A stretch of DNA of 64,000 nt from Selaginella moellendorffii. Lineage: Eukaryota; Plantae; Lycopodiophyta. The stretch is from positions 1,380,733-1,444,732 of the forward strand of contig NW_003314264.1 of NCBI RefSeq assembly GCF_000143415.4, written 5' to 3'. Made by a program: the position numbers and the translations under genes. The notes beneath the pieces were generated by a model. The model saw only the letters and a list, made by a program, of their open reading frames with translations. It ran no database searches and was not told the DNA's origin. Positions 49,202 to 61,229 of this stretch are shown piece after piece (position 1 is the stretch's first letter; each line of letters begins with the position of its first letter).

Positions 49202-50380
49202 TGCCAAAGTAGCTCACTGTCCATGCAAGACGAGAGGACGAGCTAATAGCCCGTTGCTCCGCCGCAAAATGCAAGGTCCAGCCATGGAATACACGAAAAA
49301 TGCAAACTCATAGAACTCAATCCATGCCATTTGATTTTACGTTGGTGTCATCCCAAAAATGCGGGTGCAGGAGAGGTAAAAGAAATGGAGTAGGAAGTAT
49401 GGTTACTCGGGTTGCTTAGTAAATGGGTCGCTGACCCTTGATCACTTGCCCCCCCGGTGACCAGTCAGTATGGTCAACCCCACCATGATAGCGCTTGGTA
49501 CCCAAAGGAGGCCCAAATATCTTTTTGTAAAAGTTTGAAGTGATCTTCCACACCTTACTGCTCTTCCTCCAGTAACGGCAACTTTATTTTCCACAAACCT
49601 TCACAATGAGCTGCTTGCCATCGTTGAGCTGCACGCCCCCCAACTAGCACCAGCAGTCAATTTTGCACGAGGATCATCCTGGAGCCATTTTGGTCTGAGG
49701 TTATTTTTCGTTCTTGATCCATACTATTTTGATGTCTGTAAGAAACAGCGCCTTAAACCCGAAAAGCATATATGCTCTCATTTGCATCTTCTTCACTGTT
49801 ACTTCGTTCCATGTTGTATCTTAATATCTGCATCTTCATTGTTTGTGCCATAAAATTAACATCAAGCGGTAGAAACAAAAACTTTCGTTTACTGTTTTCA
49901 GGCACATTTCTGTCAAATGGCACCTCTTCTCGGTACTTACTGAGAGTCCCTGTGCCTCTGGTCGTTCGTCTCTGAGAGGTATTCTCCAAGGAAGCTGGAA
50001 TGTAGGCTGTGACAAGAGCCAAAGTTTGAAAACTATGTTTTGTTCGCTCGTTTTGGCCTGCAAGGAGAATGGGAAACAATTATCGAAGAAACCATACCGT
50101 ATCAAACGAAGCCATTGTTGTAAACTAGAGGAAGAAGCTTGTGGCGAACAACTTGTTCTTCTTTTACGTCCTCGAACCAGCCTCCAAAGCTTACCAAGTC
50201 TTCATCCTGGACTTCCCTCCTGCATGAGCGTGATCTTCACCGCAAACAAAAACCAAAGACCTTGCGTGTTTTGTGCTCAGCAAGCGCGCTCCATCGCCAA
50301 AGTAGCTCACTGTCCATGCAAGACGAGAGGACGAGCTACTAGCCGGTTGCTCGGGCGCAAAGTGCAAGGCTCAGCCATGG
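49202..50380 (+). repeat. Dispersed direct repeat (~85 bp) at ~49202-49290 and ~50296-50380
   Basis: gccaaagtagctcactgtccatgcaagacgagaggacgagcta...cgcaaa.tgcaagg..cagccatgg occurs twice. Confidence 0.85.
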
Positions 50381-52593
50381 TGGACAGTCCTGGATTCACA
50401 ACAATACAAACTCATGGAAGTCGAGAGGAAAGAACTACTTACGCGTCTCCAGCTGCGAGTTCTCTGTAAGTTTCGATCGAGTATCCCTTCGCTCCAAGTT
50501 GTCCATCCCTCGGTTCGATTACCAATACGGCAGAGCAAAGTCCGTGTGAGAAACGCACAGAAAGTGGAGCGTGGAGTCTGTTTGTGACGTGAAATCCAAA
50601 ACGCGAGGAAGGATTTTGTTGAGATCAGAGTGCCAGTTGGTGACATTGAATCCTGGGAGCTTGATGAAGAGACAATCCTGGTACAAGCGAACCTACGAAT
50701 TCAGAGACGAAGTTCTTATCTTAGAAGAAGGAAAACGAAAAGCTTATCGATCGACTCTGTTTGATCCCAGGAGCTCCGCTACGGCCTGGCAGACTCGAAG
50801 GTGGAAGACGAATTCGTCCAGAGAAGAAGCTCTTCGGTGGAAATGGAAGAAACCAAGTTCCTCATAACAAGAGAGAAAAGCTGATTATCCAAAGATATGG
50901 ACGCTCTGGGCTACGCAAATCGATGCCCGGGCACAGCACCGAGACGCGGTGTTTGTAAGCCGCAAGCATTTCTTTACATTTGGGCATGGATCCTGCCTGA
51001 GAACCTTGATCTCACCGCTGGAGAACAATCCCGGGGAAGAACAGCTCCAAACCATAGAACAGAGGAGCGGAATTGGCGAGTTTGGATGGATGATCCATTC
51101 CTCCTCTCTTCCTTCTTGCGCAACGAGCAGCAAGTAGAAGATTTCCCTCGCAGGATAGCCAATGTCGATCGACTGATATCTGTAAAAGAAAAAAAAAGAC
51201 ACGACGAGTACACGTGGACGCCTATGATTCCTCGCTACGCTCTCAGTGGCAACACGGGCAAGGCTATGGCTGTGTTCCAGAGCGTCGGCGCAAGAATAGA
51301 ACGCTATAATCTCGGCATTTACCCAGGCTGGGGATTTCTCCATGGCGAAAGATCCCTTTGACGCAATGCCTGCTCCCAATATTGTGTCGTGGAAACTATG
51401 CTGAAAACATACGTGGATGCATGTAACCTTAACGGGCCGAAGCGACTGTTTGCGATTATGCCAGAGCAAAGCTCAATCACCTGGAGCGTAGCATTTGCAT
51501 GGTTTGGGCATGTACAAGATGGCGAGAGTTTTTTTCAGATCATGCGAGAAACCACACTCGACGATCCCAGTTGCGCCGATCACTCCAAGATCGACAAAGC
51601 TCGAGCAGTGTTTGATGCTTTGGCGTGCCTGGACATGGTCTCCTGGAACACTTGCTACGCACCCGACGTCCACCACTGCAAAGATTTCTTTGAGAAAATG
51701 CCCGGCCCCAACCTGGTGTCTTACAACACTCTCTTGTCCTCACTGGTCAGCTGCAGATTATCCGGGGAAGCAGTGAAAATCTTCGTCGAAATGCCAGAGA
51801 TAAACACCGTGACGTCCACTGTGATGATGCAAGCTTATGCGCGGGAAGGCCAGCTTGCCAGTGCCAGGGACATCTACGAGACAATGCCGGATCGCAGCTC
51901 AGTGGCTCTCATCACAGCCCAATCCTTGAGAACAGCCTTTGAGCGATTTGAAAAGAAGCAGGAGGCCTGGAGCTCGATCATCGCGGCCTATGTCCAGAAC
52001 GGACGCGTGAGCGAGGCACTGGATCTCTTTAGAGAGATGCATCTTTCTGGCTTTCAAGCCAGACGAGACCATCTTCACAACAATCCTAGCAGCGGCGGCG
52101 AGCCAGCTCGAGCAGTGTTGCCGAGATTTTTGTCCATGATCGCAGACTTTGGGATCTCTCCCAGGGCGAGTCAGCTGGAGCAATCCAAGCAATCCGGGCT
52201 TGTGGATGATTCTTCTGGGTAGAAAATCCATCGAATTGAAAAGGTTGTCGAAATGTCGGCTGGAAAATCCAATGGTACTTGCAAACTCGGGATAATGCCA
52301 GGTTGAGAACCGACAATCCTAGTCATCCCGGGGATGCGGGTGTTGTGCCATGTAAGCTGAAAACCTATCCCACCAGCCAAGGCGCAGTAGAGGAACAGCG
52401 GTATAAAAGAAATGGAGTTGCAAGAAGGGTCAATCCGGGAGAGCCTGAAAGGGCGCTTGCATCCCTCGGGTTGCTTAGTAAATGGGGTCGCTGACCCTTG
52501 ACCACTTGGCCCCCCTTGTTTGTCGGTGACCCAGTAGTGCTAAGTCGGTATGGTCAACCCCACTGTGACCTACTGGATAGCGCTTGGTACCCA
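49407..52593 (+). repeat. Dispersed direct repeat (~100-125 bp) at ~49407-49504 and ~52466-52593
   Basis: tcgggttgcttagtaaatggg(g)tcgctgacccttg...tatggtcaacccc...gatagcgcttggtaccca occurs twice. Confidence 0.85.
50897..52222 (+). pseudogene. Degenerate PLS PPR gene
   Basis: Broken S-type repeats (FFEKMPGPNLVSYNTLL, AWSSIIAAYVQNGRVSEALDLFREM) with frameshifts. Confidence 0.75.
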
Positions 52594-52841
52594 GGGCCCG
52601 AGAAAGGATAGAGGATTGTGCTCCAAACGTTACACTTCTTTGCAAGTCGGGCAGGTGTTAGCGATTGTGACGAAGGGTCTCCAAGCTAGAGAGGTTTGAT
52701 GAGGGATGTCTTCTACAAGAACAATAGCATGGATGGGGCTAACAGGGAATAGCATGGATGATACAATAAATAATCCATGAAGCTTATGGTAAAAATAAAG
52801 GTAAATAGTATAAATTAAGATTAGAATTAATATCTTTTCAC

Positions 52842-53692
52842 AATCCTTTATGCTAACATCTATCATTTTATTGGCAAACATCTTTTTTGTTTTTTTTTTC
52901 TTTCTTGTACCAATTCACCATAGCCAATTCTCATTTTTGCTGTAATTATTTCCATGGCTTTAATTGCTTGTTAAATTGTGCCAACCTCCTCTACCAAAAG
53001 CAATTGGAAGTTCTTGTTGTCCCCCAATGCTCTACTTGTTATGCAATCATTCAAACCTACAACCAAAAATGGTGAGTGCCAAAAGGGAAACTAATTTGGC
53101 ATCACCAAATTCAAAGAACTTTGTTAGACTTGGTGATCATTGATTCCATGTCTGGCTCTACACACTGGAAAACCCTATTGTCATTTTCCTTTGCTTCATC
53201 AGCATTAGATGGGTTCAACATTGTGTTCCAGTGTGTAGATGCGGGTACATTATATCTCCTTCTTCATGGCTCTCTTATTCCACATATGCCACATTCTTTA
53301 TAAATGTTGGCAAAGTAGTTCCATTACTAGTAGATGCTTTTGAAAGAATAGTAAAGGAATATTAAGCTTCTAATTACAATTAAAATCTCTTTTTCTTAGC
53401 CAACATGTTCCAGTGAATTGCACATTAGTGTTATTGCTATTATTGCCAATCAAAGCCAAAGAAGTTGATGCTATATAGTAACATGGCTTGAGGGAGCTCT
53501 CACCAAACTTCAGTACCTTAAAAAGGACAACTGAGTTCCTTAAAGAGGACAACCAAGCCATTCGACTCTTGACAAATAAGAACATTCTCTAGTGGGATTG
53601 CTAAATAAAGCTTTTTGGATTCTCTCCCAATAGTATATTAAGTTATCTGTAGAAAAAAGGCATTGGTCTAATGATCTTGATGCAAGTTCATT
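52842..53692 (-). mobile_element. AT-rich decayed element (possibly a LINE 3' zf-RVT region), duplicated at 57437-58328
   Basis: Collinear direct repeat from aatcctttatgctaacatctat to tgatcttgatgcaagttcatt; minus strand gives KECGICG...TLEH. Family assignment is weak. Confidence 0.55.
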
Positions 53693-53824
53693 TAGTTGCT
53701 GGGCAATGAGAAAATGAAATGTCTAGTTAAGCTCATGGTTCTCTAGCAGTTATGGGCTACCACCAATATAATCCTGAGATACTATGAAGACAATGCAAGT
53801 TGGATTGACAGTAGTTTGATCCAG

Positions 53825-53972
53825 AGAGAGAGAGGTGATTAATGCTAATTAGCTACTTGTCTGGCGATGAAGAGGTGATTAGCAGCGATGAAGAAGACAC
53901 AAACTCCAGAAGCCAAACCCAAGACTGGAGCAAGATCGAGAACCTTCATAAGCTCTTGAATGAGTTGGTGTG
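53825..53972 (+). pseudogene. Inverted 3'-terminal remnant of the 2OG oxygenase gene
   Basis: aattagctacttgtctggcgatgaagaggtgatt...gctcttgaatgagttggtgtgaacgcttga is the reverse complement of ~46060-46260. Confidence 0.85.
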
Positions 53973-54231
53973 AACGCTTGATTACTAATCTTGATTAAGT
54001 ATGACTTTAAGAGAATGCAATCACGTGAGTGACCTTGCCGTCTTCTTTTCTTTTTCTCGTTTCTCTCCTCTTATCAGGAACGCTAGAAGTTGCTCTTAGG
54101 TCGCAAAAGAGGGAGTCTTATCCAGTCGACTCGTCAACTTTGCACACGTGCTAGTTCGGCCTCGTGGTTGTGAACATACGTTCTTAATGCATCTGAGTCG
54201 ATGTCTGTTACCTCCACAGATGAGGGTGTAA

Positions 54232-55441
54232 CTAGCACCATTTGCGTGTTTTGCAATGTACTTTAGCTACGGACACCATATAATCTTGGGACCTGTTAGA
54301 ACGACTCTGGTGAGTGTTTCTTTTTTGTTTTTTGGTTATATTTCTTACGTTGATCCGTAGCTACTTCCACACGCAGACATAATAGCAGACTTTGCTGGTT
54401 CAAATTCTCCCTAATCTCAACAAAAAACGCAGCAAAAGGTTTCGAAAAACGTCACAAACAATTCGTACCGAAGCTTCGTAGTAAAGCCCAGCATACAAGG
54501 AAGCATAGAAGGATGCTTGACCTCTATCTTCCTTTAGAAAACTAGCCAGCATCTGCTAAGAAAATAGATAGAACTTTGTGTTGATATTGTAGAGAGATAC
54601 CTGTTGAGGATCGCCACCTTGTTTGTAAAGCTTGTAAATTTGGTTCATATAAGCCCTGCTATCTTTACCTGTCTGGAAAAAATGAAAACTAATAGTTGAG
54701 AAATTGATAAGAAATAAAAACCATACGTCTGGGATTCTTTGACGAGCCTCCTCTAAACTATAAGATCGGGCCTCACAAAGGAAGCACCATAAAGCCTGAG
54801 AGAGAGGAGAGAAATCCGATGTACGTTTATAGAAAGAAAAATTACCTCCTCGGAGTCGTTGTTCCCCAGTTTTGTATCCTCTCGAAACTGAGCAGCACCT
54901 TCTTCAAATCTTTTGCAAAGTTTTGCTCAAGCTCTCAAAAGGGAGAAGAATCCACTACTAACCTGTCGAGATAGAACAGTGAAAGTCCCCTCTGCCACAG
55001 ATCTGTGTTCACAACTTCAGTTTTTCTGGTGTGTGTTTGGATCTTTAAAAATTGATTCACTCACAAGGGAGTTCTTCCGGGAAAGCATCCAACACCTTGT
55101 TGAATTGCTCCAAAGATCCAGACACATCTCCCTTTCCACCACAGAAGAAAGAAACCAAGGAAGCTCAGAGGATAAAACGAGTAAAGATGGCTACGAAGAA
55201 CATATACCTGCGAGAAGAGCTCCATTCCATGCCTCTTCCAATCCAGAGCCGACATTCTCCCGAATGGAAGCCTCGACGATGCAAGAACCACGGCTATGGC
55301 AGCAATAGCCGCTCCAGTAACACGCCTCTCCCACGCCGGCCTTCTTCCATCTCCAAACTTCACGGCTCTAGACGCTGGAATGGGCGGAGCAAGCGACAGT
55401 CGTGGAATTCTATACCCAATGGCCACCGCCTTCCACGCCAT
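54232..55441 (-). CDS. NlpI-like TPR protein with organellar-type N-extension (intact, about 9 exons)
   Basis: Spliced reading HGMELFSQ|GDVSGSLEQFNKVLD|YLWQRGLSLFYLD|RFEEGAAQFREDTKLGNNDSEE|ALWCFLCEA|...FYASLYAGLYYEA|...SQDYMVSVAKVHCKTRKWC*; all introns GT-AG. Confidence 0.88.
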
Positions 55442-55544
55442 AGCTCGGCCTCTTTGCACATCGGACTGTCACCTCTTCTTAAATTAGCGTTGCTCTTCGA
55501 TCGGAGCTTTTGAAAAACAAGAGATCTAGCAGCTGGTCACGGAG

Positions 55545-56335
55545 GCGGATGCGGCACGAAGGGATCCAGCGCCTTCTTGGCGTCGCAGCGAGAGATGATC
55601 GCCGTGAAGGATGCCACCGTGCCCCGAGACGACCATGTTGGATATACGTGCTCGCTCGCGGCGGCGCCGCTAGGCTGTGCCGCTGTGGGCGATCGATCCA
55701 CGCTCCAGCCGCCATGAAAGTGGGGATCGCCATCAAGGACGCCGCCCACTTCGAGAATCGCCCTCGACCTTTTTGAATCGATACTCGCTGTGTGAGCGCC
55801 AAGATCACGGTGATGAGTTGAGATCCGGCATTTTCTCGTAGATGTCCCTGGCACTCACAAGCTGGCCTTCCTGTGCATAAGCTTGCATCATCACAGTGGA
55901 TGTCACAGCGTTTATCTCTGGCATTTCGACGAAGATTTTCACTGCTTCCCCGGATAATTTGCAGCTGACCAGTCAGAGAGTGTTGTAAGACACCAGGTTG
56001 TGGCCGGGCATTTTCTCAAGGAAATCTTTGCAGTGGTGGACGTCCGGTGTGTAGCAAGCGAACATGTCCAGGCACGCCAAAGCATCAAACATTGCTCAAG
56101 CTTTGTCGATCTTGGAGTGATCCGCGTCTAAAACAATCATGTTGGAAGCAGCTGGGATCATTGAGTATGATTTCTTGCATGATCTGAAACAAACTCTCGC
56201 CATCTCCGCAAATGCTTGAAGAATCACGCTCCATCACTCTGGCATAATCGCAAACAGTCGCTTTGCCTCGTTAAGGTTACAGACATCTGTGTAAGTTTTC
56301 AGCATAGTTGTCCACGACACAATATTGTGAGCAGC
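55545..56335 (-). pseudogene. Inverted PPR remnants: ~55565-55815 from the 42743 gene, ~55835-56335 from the 51375-51880 pseudogene
   Basis: gagatgatcgccgtgaaggatgccac is the reverse complement of ~44717-44742; gtagatgtccctggcact is the reverse complement of ~51861-51878; gcattttctcaaggaaatctttgcagtggtggacgtc matches ~51665-51700. Confidence 0.8.
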
Positions 56336-57436
56336 AAGCCACTCCCCATTAAGGTCAGCACAAAACATGTCAGGTCTTTGTTTCTCTTTCTGGTATTTCT
56401 TTTTATCCCAAAATCATGATCACATAGCAGCAAAGTTCAGGATGAATACTTAGTAAGCTTAAAAGAATGCACATCCTCTGGTTTATAACAATGTCTTCAT
56501 TAATATGGTGTGGTTTTTGTGATGGTTACATTTCACACTTTGTTCTTCAGACAAAAGGAAACATAAATGAAGGGCCTCAAATGTGGCATTTGTCACACGT
56601 ACATTTCAGCTTCTTTCGGACAAAGGTTGTGGAAACCACTAGCACCGAAATGAGAATGTTAATTTTTAATAGAAAAAGAAAAACCGTGGAGAATATAATA
56701 CATTTTCTTGCTTGATTAGATATGGACAGAAACATGGGACTGAGAAACCATGAACACATAAAAACAGAAAATTCTTAGTACTGAACAGAGTTGTTAGTTG
56801 TTTGCTTTGACAAAAGTGTGATTTGAAAAAGCCATAATTAAATGTTTCTTTGGTGATTGATGATCACAACCTACAAATGATCCATATTGAGTGTTTTCAG
56901 CCATGGAGTCTTAAACTGGAGTCAAGAAAAATCAGTGGATTGATCTACTTTGATACATGCTGTTGACTCGCATAGATGTACTTCATCATAGTCCTCGCAA
57001 AGGCTCAAACTTGGAGGCTGTGATTTGAAAGAAAATAATAATCTTCTGGATTTGAGCTTTAGAGTAAATAAAAACTGAAGTTTACAATGAAAAAGGTTTA
57101 ATATGACAAGTAATTTCTTTTGGTACTGGTTATACAAATAAAACTCTTTCTTACAAGAGAAATGTGAAATTACTGAATGCTATTTGTAAAATAGGCATTT
57201 ATATGTCTATAGAAGCAGTACTAGATTCTCTAGTATATTCCACCAGGGTCAATGGTTAGATGATATGTTTTAACATGGTTTGGGTTGTATGGTTAAAATT
57301 TCTGGTAAATTTATTTAAATTAATCTTAAGTATAGATTAAAAGACTAAAGTTAGAAAAAGCTAAATTTAGATTTAGATCTATAGCCTAGAGTTTTATTTG
57401 TAAGCATTAGCAAATAGGATTCTTTGAATGACTTCT

Positions 57437-58328
57437 AATCCTTTATGCTAACATCTATTGTTTTATTGACAAACATCTTTTTTGTTTTTCTTTCTTGTGG
57501 TTTTTAGCCAATTCACCATAGGTCTCATGTTCTCATTTTTGCTGTAGTTATTTTCATCGCTCCAATTGCTTGTTAAATTGTGCCAACCTCCTCTACCAAA
57601 AGCAATTGGAAGTTCTTGCTGTCCCCCAATGCCTTTCAGCCTCCTTTGTGTCTTCATTAGAAGCAATTGTCTACTTGTCATGCAATCATTCAAACCTACA
57701 ACCAAAATTGGTGAGTACAAAAAGGAAAACTAATTTGAAAATGTGGCACCAATAAATTCAAAGAACTTTGTTAGATTTGTGATTCCATGTCTAGCTCTAC
57801 ACACTAAAAAACACTATTATCATTTTCCTTTGCTTCATGAGCATTAGCATTACTAGTCATGTGTTCAACATTGTGTTCTTTTATATTTCCTTCTTTGTCG
57901 CTTTCTTATTCTACATATGCCACATTTCTTATGAATGTTGGCAAAGTAGTTCCATTAGATGTTTTTGAAAGAATAGCAAAGGAATATTAAGCTTCTGAAA
58001 TGTTAGGAATTTAATTATAGCCAATATGCATAAACTTTTTTCTGGAAATGTGTTACTGTTATTGTTATTATTGCCAATCAAAGCCCAAGAAGTTACTATA
58101 TAGTAGCATGGCTTGAGGGAGCTCTCACCAAACTTGAGTACCTTAAAAAGGACAATCAGGCCATTCGACTTGTGTGATCTCTTGAGAAACAACTTGCCTA
58201 TGAGCATTCTCCAGTGGGATTGCTAAATAGAGGTTTCTAGATTTTCTCCCTATAACATATTGAGTTATCTCTAGAAGAAAGGCATTGCTAAATCTCCAAG
58301 AATTCTATGATCTTGATGCAAGTTCATT
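57437..58328 (-). repeat. Second copy of the 52842-53692 decayed element
   Basis: Collinear with indels; abuts the start of the rDNA fragment. Confidence 0.8.
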
Positions 58329-58344
58329 GTAAGCTCCTGAGTTT

Positions 58345-61198
58345 GGACTTCCCGGGAGGTTTAAAGGACCCTGCTGCATCACGAATCTCTTTTGGCGAGT
58401 CGGGCTGTTTGGGAATGCAGCCTTAAGTGGGTGGTAAATTCCATCCAAGGCTAAATGCTGGTGAGAGACCGATAGTGCACAAGTACCGCGAGGGAAAGAT
58501 GAAAAAGACTTTGAAAAGAGAGTTAAAAAGTGCTTGAAATTGCTAGGAGGGAAGCGAATGGATGCCTTGTGCGCCCCTTGGTTGTGTGTGGAACGGCGAG
58601 AGCTGGTCTGCCAAGAAATGCAAGGGGCTGTCCAGCATGGGAGGACGCGGCGGGATAACGGCTTGTGAGCCTCTGGCTTGCCAATGCCACTGCCGCCTCT
58701 AAAAATGGCAGAGTGCTCTGGTGCCCCACCAGATGCTGGAACTTGGGCGTTCCATCCGACCTGTCTTGAAACACGGACCAAGGAGTCTAACATGTATGCG
58801 AGTCTGTGGGTGTTAAACCCATACAAGCGAAAGGAAACTAATTCATGGGATCCCCTTCTGGGGTGCACCACGGACCGATCTTGATCTTTTGAGAAGGGTT
58901 TGAGTGTTAGCATACCTGCTGGGACCCGAAAGATGGTGAACTATGCCTGAGCAGGGCGAAGCCAGAGGAAACTCTGGTGGAGGCTCGTAGCGATACTGAC
59001 GTGCAAATCGTTCGTCAGACTTGGGTATAGGGGCGAAAGACTAATCAAACCATCTAGTAGCTGGTACCCTCCAAAGTTTCCCTCAGGATAGCTAGAGCTC
59101 TTGCTGAGTTTTATCGGGTAAAGCGAATGATTAGAGGCATCGGGGGTGAAACACCCTCGACCTATTCTCAAACTTTAAATAGGTAAAGCAGCCGGGGTTG
59201 CTCTGTTGAGCCCCGGCCGTGAATGCAAGCTCCAAGTGGGCCATTTTTGGTTAAGAAAATCGACTAGGCTGTTTTCAGTACATTCGTCCGAGGTGTAGGA
59301 TCATTTGCCCGATAACCCGGTACCGACCACGACCAAAACGACTTCCCTAAGCAATTCCTATGTCACCTCCTATGGTTTGGGTGTTCGGGGGGTACCTGTA
59401 TCATGGAAGACGAGGATTAGTAATGCAATCTCTACTAGCTCTATCTCTCATTTTGTGAAAGTACGAAGCTAAGTTTCAAAACTGAACTGAGATTTGCACG
59501 ACTGATGCTCGCGAGCCAATGTACTCACGTACATGCCTGGGCCGCACATCAGAAGTGACTTCCAAAGATTAGAACTAAGGAACATGCTCAACCTGATCAC
59601 TATCCGTTGACTCATGGATCTCGCCATCTGGACCAGTCGCTGTCATCCCGTCTTTTTTCTAAGCAGATGATTAGAAGCTGGAACAGTCGAGAGTACAAGC
59701 ACTACCTGGGCAGAGTTAGTGAGAGCCGCTTGTGTCGTTGTGGTGTTTAGTTCCAGCGCTCTGGCCGAGAGAGATTCCTACAGGCCAAGGGTAAAAAACT
59801 GCAGAAAAACGAATCATTTGTACCCGTTTTTGCATGGCCAGGAATGCAGTAGTGAGATTCCTCGCGACCTTAGTGGTGGGTGTAAGCTCGTTTTGAGCTA
59901 TCCCCAAACAAACACTTCGTTGGCACTGCTCATTCTTGCGGTGTGCAACGAAGTGGCTGTTGATCCTGGAGTGGGCGAGAATTGTGTGTGGTTGTGCTAG
60001 CGCACAGCCTTGCAATGGCCCAAGCTTGCTCTGCTTGTGGATGCGCTCCTGGAGAATGCGGCGGCGGCGGATGCAAGCGAGAAACCCTAACATTAGGGTT
60101 TTTCCCGTTGCTTCATACCTTTCGGTGTGAGAAAATCCAGCACCCACAGCCATGAAGTCGAATAGCTATAGCTTGTAATTAGGTTTGCCTATCTGTATAG
60201 CATGTTTCTTTGCGCGAGATTCTGTGAGGAATCCAAGGTTTTGTTTTTTACCATACCACGTCTACTCATGTATCCCATTAGTTTATTCATGGGGAAAACC
60301 AGAGTTTTCTGTAAGTAAGGTTTCCTTAAAAATTATTTTTAAGGAAGACCTTCCTGTGATTAAGGCGTGGGATATGTCTCACAATGAGAGAACAGCAACT
60401 TGTGTTGTTTTTTTAAAATTTACCAATCAAAACACAGTTGTAGTCAAAGGTGTGCTTACATATTTTAGTTCAACGCATAACCAAGGACTGCATGGTAAGT
60501 TTGGGGGAACTAATTCTTTTGTTTTTCACAGTCCAAAAAGGCATAAATATCAAATCTATTATGTTTCGATATGATGCTAAAGTGATGGATAGTCTTGTCT
60601 AGAAGACAGAGTTCCTGGTGCTCAGCTTGAGTTTGCTGAGTCGTCGAGCTGTGGTGGCCTATTGGCCGGTTCTCTCCAGATGTCAAAGAGAATTTCCAAG
60701 ACTGCTTGCACCGGTGTCAGGGGGCTGGTGAGAATGATACGATCCAGACCACTAAGGATGAGTCGTCTCAATGCATAGCGATGGAATCCTTTTTCCACGA
60801 AGCATTCAACGAGATTATCAATCTCAAGGACGATACCACCGGTGGTATTAATCAGATAGAAAAGTGCAAAGACTTGCCCCAGGATTACTTTGGATGAGTT
60901 TGCAACGGGCCGGTTTGAATCTCGATGAATGTACAGCGAGACTTTGAATGAAAGTGATCGGTGCTTGTCATATTTTGTGGTTAAGAAAGTACCATCAACC
61001 CGTATGATCTGGATCTGAAGGCTCAAGAAGTGAGCGGACAGATTCACAAGCGAGCCATCCGTGCCTATGAAGCAGAACTGGCGATGCAGGATGAACCGAA
61101 AGCCGGGCTACGGTGCCAAAGTGCGCGCTAACCCAGATCCCACAAAGGGTGTTGATTGATTAAGACAGCAGGACGGTGGTCATGGAAGTCGAAATCCA

Positions 61199-61229
<31 letters not shown>

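Noticed and set aside
56330-57430. Exon-like patches in AT-rich DNA
   Set aside because: Could not assemble a coherent frame.
59252-61069. Definite group I intron or homing endonuclease call
   Set aside because: Only the terminal U and G fit; no recognisable P7 core or His-Cys/LAGLIDADG motif by eye, so it is kept as a hypothesis only.
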